DNA of 55,497 nt from Candidatus Heimdallarchaeota archaeon (GTDB lineage Archaea; Asgardarchaeota; Heimdallarchaeia; Heimdallarchaeales; Heimdallarchaeaceae), in contig BPTO01000002.1 of NCBI GenBank assembly GCA_023705985.1, forward strand, positions 1 to 55,497. Reading direction: 5' to 3'. Positions within the stretch are counted from its first letter, which is position 1. The number at the start of each line of letters is the position of its first letter. The position numbers and the translations under genes were made by a program. Below are positions 37,294 to 47,607 of this stretch, in pieces. The notes under the pieces are model-generated. The model searched no databases, was not told the DNA's origin, and saw only the letters and a program-made list of their open reading frames with translations.

Positions 37294-39102
37294 ATGTCAA
37301 GAGTAATAGATGAAAAAAAAGGTAAACGACTAAGAAGCCCGATTTCAGTTATTCTGGGACATGTTGATTCTGGCAAAACAAGTTTACTAGACAAAGTGCG
37401 TGGTACCGCTGTTCAAGCACGTGAAGCCGCTGGAATCACTCAACATGTTGGAGCATCTTATTTTCCTGCTGAGACCGTTCTGGAAGCCTGTGGAGACCTA
37501 CTTCAAAACGCAAATATTGAACTTGGTCTTCCTGGCATATTGATTGTTGATACTCCAGGTCACCAAGTATTTACTAATTTACGCAAGCGCGGAGCATCAG
37601 TAGCTGATATTGCTATTCTTGTTGTTGATCTAACCCGTGGTTTTCAAGCTCAAACTTATGAGAGTATGGATATATTAAAAGCGCGTAAAGTTCCTTTTAT
37701 TGTAGCAGCTAATAAAATTGATCGTATATCTGCTTGGAAGAGTGTTCATGAGGCTTCTTTTGGCGAAACCTACAGTAAACAAAATCCTAAAGCTGTTCTA
37801 GATTTGGATAATCGGATATATGATATAATGGGTGAACTAGCTGAACTTGGTTATGAAGCTGACAGATATGATAAAATCGAAGATTTCAGAAAAAAAGTTG
37901 CAATTATTCCAACCAGTGCCAAAACAGGGGAAGGAATTCCTGATTTGTTTTTAGTTCTTGCAGGAATCACTCAACAATTTATGATGCAAAAACTTGAGTA
38001 TAGTGAAGGGCCTGGAACAGGTACTGTTTTGGAAGTTAAGGAAGTAGAGGGATTAGGTACAACAATTGATGTTATTCTTTATGATGGTGTTATTCGAAAA
38101 AACGATAAAATAGTAGTTGGAGGAAGGCAAGAACCAAAACTTCTGAATATTAGAGCTCTTCTTCAACCAAAAGAATTGGATGAAATGAGAGATCCTCGAG
38201 ATAAATTTAAGCCAGTTGATTATGTTTTTGCTTCTGCTGGTTTGAAAATCAGTGCTCCTGGGTTGGAGGATGCGTTATCAGGAGCACCTGTACGTGTTGC
38301 TCCTCCTGGCGAAGAGCAAATCATTTTAAATGAAGTAGCTGAAGAGCTTGAAAGTTTTAGAATCGAGACAAAAGATAGTGGTATCATAGTGAAAGTTGAC
38401 ACTCTTGGCAGTCTAGAAGCAATTGTTGATATGTTAAAAGAAAGAAATATCCCTATTCAAAAAGCTGATGTTGGAGACGTAACAAAGAAAGACGCAATAG
38501 ATGCAGCAATAGTAGCAGATAAAACACCCGAACACGGGGCTTTACTTTGCTTTAATGTTGATGTTCTCCCAGATGCTAAAGAAGAGATAGAAGTGAGCGA
38601 TTTAAAAGTCTTCAATGACAATGTGATTTACAATTTAATAGATGATTATGAAAGATGGATGATAGATCAAAAAGAAGCAATCAAAGCTGAATCATTGAAA
38701 GATCTTATCATGCCCGGAAAAATGATCATATTACCAAATCATACCTTTAGAGCAAATAAACCAGCTATAGTTGGAGTTGAAGTTCTGGGTGGAAAAATTA
38801 AAACTAAATTAATGCTTATTAGAGAAGATAATAGAAGAGTTGGAAGAATTCAACAAATACAAGACAATAGGGAATCAACACAAGAAGCAACTAAAGGAAA
38901 GCAAGTAGCAATTTCAATAAGAGGACCAACTGTAGGAAGACAAATAAGAGAAGGGGACACTTTATACATCGATGTGCCTGAAAAACATGCAGTTTTACTC
39001 ATGGTAAGGTATAAGGATATGATATCATCCGATGACATACAAGTTTTAGAAGAATTGGCAAAAATAAAACGTGAAACTACAAGTAAGTACTGGGGATGGT
39101 AA
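37294..39102 (+). CDS. infB: Translation initiation factor aIF5B (IF2-type GTPase)
   Basis: RSPISVILGHVDSGKTSLLD, VDTPGHQ and AANKID. Normal length of about 600 aa, with no intein. Confidence 0.95.
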   Translation: MSRVIDEKKGKRLRSPISVILGHVDSGKTSLLDKVRGTAVQAREAAGITQHVGASYFPAETVLEACGDLLQNANIELGLPGILIVDTPGHQVFTNLRKRGASVADIAILVVDLTRGFQAQTYESMDILKARKVPFIVAANKIDRISAWKSVHEASFGETYSKQNPKAVLDLDNRIYDIMGELAELGYEADRYDKIEDFRKKVAIIPTSAKTGEGIPDLFLVLAGITQQFMMQKLEYSEGPGTGTVLEVKEVEGLGTTIDVILYDGVIRKNDKIVVGGRQEPKLLNIRALLQPKELDEMRDPRDKFKPVDYVFASAGLKISAPGLEDALSGAPVRVAPPGEEQIILNEVAEELESFRIETKDSGIIVKVDTLGSLEAIVDMLKERNIPIQKADVGDVTKKDAIDAAIVADKTPEHGALLCFNVDVLPDAKEEIEVSDLKVFNDNVIYNLIDDYERWMIDQKEAIKAESLKDLIMPGKMIILPNHTFRANKPAIVGVEVLGGKIKTKLMLIREDNRRVGRIQQIQDNRESTQEATKGKQVAISIRGPTVGRQIREGDTLYIDVPEKHAVLLMVRYKDMISSDDIQVLEELAKIKRETTSKYWGW

Positions 39103-39128
39103 GTTGCCACGTTACATTTATATATCCC

Positions 39129-39206
39129 CTCCCCCTAACTTTTTATTGGCTGAGTACTATTTCTTACAACCGAGCTCAGCTAGTTCAAACACGCTCCAGG
39201 GGGGAG
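39129..39206. other. GC-rich nested double helix between the convergent aIF5B and tiaS genes (candidate structured RNA or bidirectional terminator)
   Basis: The outer stem CTCCCCCT (39129..39136) pairs with GGGGGGAG (39199..39206). The inner stem GCTGAG (39149..39154) pairs with CTCAGC (39175..39180). Oligo-T runs flank it on both sides. Confidence 0.3.
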
Positions 39207-39219
39207 AGTATTTTTCAAC

Positions 39220-40590
39220 CTATTGAGGTCTCTTTTTTCCCCAAAAATCCTGAATAATCTCAAAACCTTCTTTCTCTTGGATTTTATATCTCCTTAAAGG
39301 TTTGACTAAGTGTCTCTGAGCTTGTGCTGGAGGAATATACATTCCTTCTGAAATTTTTCTTTCAATTGGCACTAAACTTTTTTTAATGATACGGTTTTTT
39401 AATCCACAATTCCGGCATTTGTACCCCTTATTTAATCCATTACTAGTCATTCTTTTACCACATTGTTGACAAAGTGGACTTTCCTCATGGAAATGTTCTG
39501 CAAGGAAAATAACTTCGCATTTTTCTAGTTGTAAATTGAATTTTTCCCCCTTCTTTCTAAAATATCTTATTCCACCATAAGCTTTTAACCTGTCTCCAGG
39601 AATTAATTGACGAATAACTCTTCGAAAGTTTTTAGTCGGTTCAAAGGCTGTTACATTTACCGTTTTGCTGCTGAGAAGTACTTTTGCCTTGAAAAAAACA
39701 TGTCCTCCTGCTTCTGTTTTGGGATAGTCTATTACTTCAATTTCTCCACTAAAGACATTGAAATTCCGGATTGAATGATCTGCATATTTGAAATGTTGAT
39801 CTGTTCCTTGGTTGGTACGAAAAATACAATACTTCTCAATTATTTCTTTAGATTTGATTAATTTTTTTGCTTCTAACAAAACAGAAGGATCTTCACCTCT
39901 AATCCCATAAAGAACAGGATCTAATCCTGTTGGAGAAATAAGAATCTTCCCTTTTTCTTCATCGATATTATTAAAAACAAATGGTGCTAATTTTGCATCC
40001 ATTATCTTAACTGATTCTTCATCTATTTTCCTTTTAGTTCCAATGGATTCTGATTCTCTATAAGTAAGCAATTCGTAAGTGTAGTCTTCTTCAAAGGGTT
40101 TAAGTTGGTTTCCTACTACTGCAAGAGCTCCAATCAATCCTCGACCATTACCAATATAATATGAAGCATAACAATATTGTTTCGCTATTTTTTTAGCTTC
40201 AGAAATGGAAATAACCTCTGTTAAAGCTCTAATTGAGAATTCTTTGAGTATTTCTGGAATTTGACCTGTAATGGCTACAAAACCTGGATTAGTTTTTGGA
40301 TCTTTTTGATAGTACTTTTCCAAGGTTTCTATTGCAGTTTCAATGATTGAATCTATTAGCTCCTCTTTTACTTCTAATGATAAACATATTCCCGCATTTC
40401 CTCTGGTTTTCCACGGAATGTTGGGATTATTACGGATTAATCTTGGATAATCTTTGAATGTGATATTTTTTGAAATTTTTTCGATAATAAGCACAGCTAA
40501 ATGAGTTGTACAGCTCCCTTTAAGAGAGTCAGTGTCATCAAACCCAATATGTAGTACCTTAATATGCTGCGTTGTCAAGTTGATAACCAA
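39220..40590 (-). CDS. tiaS: tRNA(Ile2) 2-agmatinylcytidine synthetase TiaS
   Basis: LHIGFDDTDSLKGSCTTHLA N-terminus and the C-terminal zinc ribbon CQQCGKRM...YKCRNCG. TTG start. Confidence 0.85.
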   Translation of the reverse strand: MVINLTTQHIKVLHIGFDDTDSLKGSCTTHLAVLIIEKISKNITFKDYPRLIRNNPNIPWKTRGNAGICLSLEVKEELIDSIIETAIETLEKYYQKDPKTNPGFVAITGQIPEILKEFSIRALTEVISISEAKKIAKQYCYASYYIGNGRGLIGALAVVGNQLKPFEEDYTYELLTYRESESIGTKRKIDEESVKIMDAKLAPFVFNNIDEEKGKILISPTGLDPVLYGIRGEDPSVLLEAKKLIKSKEIIEKYCIFRTNQGTDQHFKYADHSIRNFNVFSGEIEVIDYPKTEAGGHVFFKAKVLLSSKTVNVTAFEPTKNFRRVIRQLIPGDRLKAYGGIRYFRKKGEKFNLQLEKCEVIFLAEHFHEESPLCQQCGKRMTSNGLNKGYKCRNCGLKNRIIKKSLVPIERKISEGMYIPPAQAQRHLVKPLRRYKIQEKEGFEIIQDFWGKKRPQ

Positions 40591-40620
40591 ATAAAAAATT
40601 CCGAAAGAGAATTTAAGATA

Positions 40621-41352
40621 TTAGATTGAAAACCAAATCATACCTTTTTTGTCTTGAATGATTTTAACAAGTTTTGTTTCTCTAGCAAGGATAGTAACTC
40701 TTTCTACTAGTGTTCCTTGCCACATTCGTGTTTCATTTGCAAGTTCAACTAGTGAAACTTCATTACTAGATTTATTTACAATGACTTTAAGGAGAGCTCT
40801 CATAATCTCTCTATCATAATAATCACTAACAACAGAGTCAATTATCTTATTAAAACGACTATACGCTTCATTAATTTCGTGAACTAGCTTTTTACGTTTT
40901 TCATTTATTAATTCTATGTCTTCTAATTTTGCTCTAATACAATCTTTGATCTCCAGTATTTCGTTACTGGTTTCTTTACTAACAATTATTTCATTCTCTT
41001 CCTCAATTGCTTCTACTAAAACATTCTCGATAGGAACAATTTTCCATGAAAAGTTGCTAGGGCTGATATCAATAATAAAGGAAAAAGATTTGTTGAGTTT
41101 TGCATATCTGCGAGAAGGACCTTTTATTCTTTCGCTTTCGTATGTCTCAACTATCCCAAGTTCTACAAGTTCATCAATATATTTTCCAATTATCCGAGGT
41201 GAAATATCGAGAATCCTTGAAATTTGAAATGGATATAAATCTTCAGCTGTTAATAGTTGAAGTATTTTTCTTCTAGTTGTATTTGATAAAATATCCAATA
41301 TTGCATCGAAATCAAGGTCGTTATCGCTACTCATTTTTGGCATTGGTATCAC
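40621..41352 (-). CDS. ArsR-like winged-helix transcriptional regulator (candidate heat-shock regulator)
   Basis: ILDILSNTTRRKILQLLTAEDLYPFQISRILDISPRIIGKYIDELVELGIVE, then a helical middle region and a second wHTH-like C-terminus. It lies 12 nt downstream of cdc48. Confidence 0.6.
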   Translation of the reverse strand: MIPMPKMSSDNDLDFDAILDILSNTTRRKILQLLTAEDLYPFQISRILDISPRIIGKYIDELVELGIVETYESERIKGPSRRYAKLNKSFSFIIDISPSNFSWKIVPIENVLVEAIEEENEIIVSKETSNEILEIKDCIRAKLEDIELINEKRKKLVHEINEAYSRFNKIIDSVVSDYYDREIMRALLKVIVNKSSNEVSLVELANETRMWQGTLVERVTILARETKLVKIIQDKKGMIWFSI

Positions 41353-41364
41353 CTAGTTGGGATT

Positions 41365-43599
<2,235 letters not shown>

Positions 43600-43619
43600 T
43601 CACCTTTACTTTAGAAAAA

Positions 43620-44282
43620 CTAGTTAATAGGAATATCAAATCCTTCTTTGTGTTGTGATTTGAGAAGTTTCAGTTTGATTTCAAGAATCCCATTTCTTAG
43701 ACTAGCAGAAATCTTTCTAGATAGGTCTATTTCGTTATCTAAGGGGATTGTAGTTTCAATTTGTTTACTACTATTAGCACCAACAAGGTGCAATCCTTTC
43801 TTTGTTAATTTGATCTTAACGTCTTCTTTTGAGAAACCTGGTAATTCCACAAGAACATATAATTCCTTCTTATTATCATCTAGTTGAATATCATACGGGA
43901 TATCAGAAACTGATGAATCTTCACTTCTAGGTTTCAAAATAGGTTCTTTACCGATTAAAAGACGAGGTAAATCCGCATTACCCATAAATTTAGCAAAGCT
44001 TGGAAAAAGATCTGTCACGGAATTAATAGATTTAGCGAAAATATCTCCAAAATCACTAAACTGTCTATCAAAATTGTTAACTCTTTCAATAGAATCATTG
44101 CCGAAATCAGTTGGTATATCACCTATTTCTGTAAACTCTTCCTTACCATCAGCTGAACGTTTGTAATCATAACCATATTCATTTTCTCCCCCATTCAAAT
44201 TAGTGTAAAATCTTACACTCTTGAATACTTCATGGAAGCCTTCAGGGGAATCATCGCTATCAATATTTTTCTTTTTTGTCAT
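43620..44282 (-). CDS. hsp20: Small heat-shock protein (Hsp20/alpha-crystallin) with a long N-terminal arm
   Basis: C-terminal ACD: YVLVELPGFSKEDVKIKL...SLRNGILEIKL. GGTGA lies 8 nt before the ATG. Confidence 0.85.
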   Translation of the reverse strand: MTKKKNIDSDDSPEGFHEVFKSVRFYTNLNGGENEYGYDYKRSADGKEEFTEIGDIPTDFGNDSIERVNNFDRQFSDFGDIFAKSINSVTDLFPSFAKFMGNADLPRLLIGKEPILKPRSEDSSVSDIPYDIQLDDNKKELYVLVELPGFSKEDVKIKLTKKGLHLVGANSSKQIETTIPLDNEIDLSRKISASLRNGILEIKLKLLKSQHKEGFDIPIN

Positions 44283-44358
44283 ATACTATCACCAATCTCA
44301 ATTTTCTGCAATAAATCACTTTTTCTAAAAGCTTATAGCAAATTATCCAAAGTGCTTC

Positions 44359-44395
44359 GTATTGAACTATGAGTATTGAACTTTTTGTTCAATAG
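44359..44395. promoter_or_regulatory. Operator-like repeat set: GTATTGAAC (44359), GTATTGAAC (44373) and the inverted GTTCAATA (44387). The last two form a 21-bp palindrome, TATTGAAC-TTTTT-GTTCAATA.
   Basis: Read directly from the sequence. It lies in the divergent spacer between hsp20 (-) and the hemolysin III gene (+), about 90-110 nt upstream of the hsp20 ATG. Confidence 0.45.
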
Positions 44396-44558
44396 TACGT
44401 TCTTTATTCTGATATATAAACCTATCGCATCTCAATACTCTTAGAATAATGCACTCTTAAAATCTGCAAACCTTTTTTGTGAGTTTCATTGAAATCTTTA
44501 AAAATAAGGGTTTCACTCTCGTTGATATTGAATTAGAAGAGAAAGAGTTGACACAATA

Positions 44559-45197
44559 TTGCTAAAAAAGGAAAGATTCTCTGCATACTCTCACCTAGTT
44601 GGTCTGACTGCTTCAGTTGTAGGTTCTGTTGTGTTGGTTTGGTTAGCAAGAAATTCTCCAAATATGATTGTCACATCTGTCTATGGTTTCTCTATTTGTT
44701 TACTTTTTGCTGCAAGTTTTTTTTATCATTCTTTGAAGAAAAAGGAAGATGAATACAGTTTATGGCGGATACTTGATCATATTGCTATTTTTTTTATGAT
44801 TGCTGGAACATATACTCCTATCGCTTTCATCTATTTAGATGGTGCTTGGAAATGGGGAATTATCATAGCACAGTGGTCTATTGTAGGTTTAAGTTTGATT
44901 CTGACTCCGTTTATTTTAGATCTCCCTAGATGGGTAGAAGTGGGGATGTATATTTCAATGGGGTGGATGGCTGTTTTGCCCTTCAAACAGCTAATAGCTA
45001 ATGTACCCATTTCTTCTCTTATGCTAGTATTAGCAGGCGGTCTTTCTTTCACAATCGGTGCTATTATTCACAGCTTTAACAAGGATAAGCCTATACCTGG
45101 CATTTTTGAATTCCACGATATATGGCATTTATTTGTTTTACTTGGTGGTTCACTGCATTATACAGCAATATACATAGCAGTTGCAAGCTCTTTTTAG
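44559..45197 (+). CDS. Hemolysin III / PAQR family membrane protein
   Basis: FSAYSHLVG, FFYHS and LDHIAIFFMIAGTYTP, with 7 TM segments. TTG start. Confidence 0.8.
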   Translation: MLKKERFSAYSHLVGLTASVVGSVVLVWLARNSPNMIVTSVYGFSICLLFAASFFYHSLKKKEDEYSLWRILDHIAIFFMIAGTYTPIAFIYLDGAWKWGIIIAQWSIVGLSLILTPFILDLPRWVEVGMYISMGWMAVLPFKQLIANVPISSLMLVLAGGLSFTIGAIIHSFNKDKPIPGIFEFHDIWHLFVLLGGSLHYTAIYIAVASSF

Positions 45198-45373
45198 TTG
45201 TTTACTGAAAATTGAGGTTAATTGTGTATTAGAAAATGGGAACTAAACTTTTACGCATCCATTTAATCTCTTTTGTATTTGTCGGAATAATTGAATTGTG
45301 TACCTAAAAGGGATAAATTTTATATGCGTTTTTAGGACAAAGTTTTACTTAATTAATCTATTGTGTGATGATT

Positions 45374-45713
45374 ATGAAGATAAATAACAAAAAAGGAATA
45401 TTTTTAACATGTATATTATTAGTTTCAGTTTTCTTTTTTTTTACCAATCTCCAGTAATGCAGTCATTCAGGATGAACTTGATCCAATAAGCTTGCAAGCT
45501 TATGATGATTATGGATCAGCATCCTTGCTACCATACTATGTATTGTATGATACCTATACTATATCTGGCACTTGGAGAATGTGGGTGCAAACTGACAGTG
45601 AATTTGACACTATAGATATGATGGCAATGACCGAGTTTAATTTTGGTGAATTTATGGCAGGTCGGTTTTATACTACTTATGCTTTCCAGCTTTTTCTCAT
45701 TCTGAAATTCTAA
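45374..45713 (+). pseudogene. Small secreted protein gene interrupted by a +1 frame change inside a T9 run
   Basis: The ATG at 45374 encodes a signal-peptide-like MKINNKKGIFLTCILLVSVFFF and stops at 45455. The +1 frame is open from 45423 and continues through ORF 45492..45713. The frames meet in the T9 tract 45434..45442, and a T8 tract would give one ORF of about 112 aa. Confidence 0.55.
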
Positions 45714-45758
45714 ATAGTGACATATAATTAAATATTAAGAGCAAATAATGTTTTAACA

Positions 45759-46622
45759 ATGAAAATTACTGTTACTAACGTTTACAATAACACTGCTATG
45801 CAAGGTTCAAACTTGAAAAAAGGTCATGGTCAGTCGTTTTTTATTGAAACTGAAGGCACAAAAATCCTTTATGATACAGGTTTGAATGGTAAAGACTTAT
45901 TTCATAATTTTAATCTAATGAACATTGATCCTAATACACTCGACTACTTAGTCATTAGTCACGGGCATTTTGACCATACTGGTGGTCTAGAAGAACTGTT
46001 AAAAGCTAGAGCTGCCTCAAAACCTCTATTAACAATTGCCCACCTCTCTATTTTGGAAGCCAAAAAAGCAAGAGGAAAAAAGTATAAACTCCCATATAAG
46101 TATGATATAGGTATCCCAAAAATTGAAGAAATTCTATTCAAAAAATTGAATTTTAGATTTGTTGAAGAACCTTATAAAATAACTCCCTGGCTATATACTT
46201 CAGGAGTAGTTCTTGATAGAGAAGAAAGAGATGGAACTAGTGAACGTTTAATTCACAAAGAGGGAAGAAAATGGGTTCGTGATCCAATGTTAGATGATCT
46301 TTCATTGGTATTAAAGACAAAAAAAGGTTTAGTTCTCATTTGTGGCTGTTGTCATGCAGGTTTGTTGAATATTCTCAAACAAGTCGCTGAAAATCATAAA
46401 GATGAAAAAATACATTCCATTTTAGGAGGAACACATATGGTAGCTTTTACTGGAGATGAGGTAACTCATGTTGGCGACATTCTTGAATCGCGTTATGGGA
46501 CTCCCCAACTTTACTTAAATCACTGCACTGGAAACCATATTATTGACCAGCTGAAAGCACGTTTTAGTGATGATATTGTTAAACCATGTCATGCAGGTAC
46601 AAGACTTGTTTTCGAATACTAA
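45759..46622 (+). CDS. MBL-fold metallo-hydrolase (COG1237-like), paralog 1
   Basis: GHGQSFFIE, VISHGHFDHTGGL, ICGCCHAGL and GGTHM. Confidence 0.75.
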   Translation: MKITVTNVYNNTAMQGSNLKKGHGQSFFIETEGTKILYDTGLNGKDLFHNFNLMNIDPNTLDYLVISHGHFDHTGGLEELLKARAASKPLLTIAHLSILEAKKARGKKYKLPYKYDIGIPKIEEILFKKLNFRFVEEPYKITPWLYTSGVVLDREERDGTSERLIHKEGRKWVRDPMLDDLSLVLKTKKGLVLICGCCHAGLLNILKQVAENHKDEKIHSILGGTHMVAFTGDEVTHVGDILESRYGTPQLYLNHCTGNHIIDQLKARFSDDIVKPCHAGTRLVFEY

Positions 46623-46682
46623 CGGGACATCATAAAGTTCTTAAATTTGTAATGAATCACCTTTTTTTGAGGTGAAAAGTAA

Positions 46683-47555
46683 ATGAAAGTAATTATAAAA
46701 AATATTTATAACAACACAGCTTTGACTGGTAAAAATCTTAAAACCGGACACGGACAATCTCTTTATATAGAATCTGAAGAGCATAAAATTCTCTATGATG
46801 TAGGATTCAAAAGTAAAGATTTTATTCATAATATGAAAATATTGGGAATTAACTCCAACGAAATTGATTTTCTTATCTTATCCCATGGACATTTCGATCA
46901 TACTTTTGGGCTTAAAGCTTTTTTGAAAGCTAGAACAGAGAAAGAAAAAATAAATGTTATAGCTCATCCTGATGCTATTGAAGAGAAAAAAGTTCTTTTC
47001 CCTCTATCAATGCTTTTCCTCTTCAAATTTAAGACTACAAAACTTGGTTTTCCCTCTCTGTCTAAAGCGCAATTTGGGAGATTAGATTTTAACTTTGTTA
47101 AAGAAGTTTATGAAGTAACACCATTTCTTACAAGTTTAGGTGAAATTAACGAAAGACCAGAAAAAGATGGAACAATGAAGCTGTTAACGCATAAAGAATC
47201 AGGTAAATGGGTGAAAGATCCTATTAATGATGATTTGTCACTTATCCTTAAGACAAAAGAAGGATTAGTGTTAATCTGTGGTTGTTGTCACGTAGGATTG
47301 CTCAATACTTGTGAATATGTTACTAAGAAATATGAAAATGAGAAAATTGTTTCAATAATCGGTGGCACCCATATGCTACGATTTACAGAAGAAGAAGTTG
47401 CTGATGTTGCTGAGAAAATGGAAAAATATGGGAAACCAACGCTCTATTTAGGACACTGTACTGGTGAAAAAACAATTAATCAACTCAGGCAACATTTCGG
47501 AGAAGAAATCGTTAAACAATTTCATGTTGGTACTGAATTATCATTTGAGTGTTAA
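46683..47555 (+). CDS. MBL-fold metallo-hydrolase (COG1237-like), paralog 2
   Basis: GHGQSLYIE, ILSHGHFDHTFGL, ICGCCHVGL and GGTHM. By eye, roughly half of the positions are identical to paralog 1. Confidence 0.75.
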   Translation: MKVIIKNIYNNTALTGKNLKTGHGQSLYIESEEHKILYDVGFKSKDFIHNMKILGINSNEIDFLILSHGHFDHTFGLKAFLKARTEKEKINVIAHPDAIEEKKVLFPLSMLFLFKFKTTKLGFPSLSKAQFGRLDFNFVKEVYEVTPFLTSLGEINERPEKDGTMKLLTHKESGKWVKDPINDDLSLILKTKEGLVLICGCCHVGLLNTCEYVTKKYENEKIVSIIGGTHMLRFTEEEVADVAEKMEKYGKPTLYLGHCTGEKTINQLRQHFGEEIVKQFHVGTELSFEC

Positions 47556-47607
47556 GAGAAAAAAAGAAGAAGTAAAAGGAACAAAAATGAAGATTCTTCT
47601 TATCTCT

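Noticed and set aside
45492-45713. ORF 45492..45713 as an independent 73-aa gene
   Set aside because: Its frame is open back to 45423 and joins a signal-peptide ORF across a T9 tract. It is better explained as the distal part of one frameshifted gene.
46641-46829. ORF 46641..46829 (-)
   Set aside because: It is antisense over the start of the second MBL paralog and the 60-nt spacer, with no motif.
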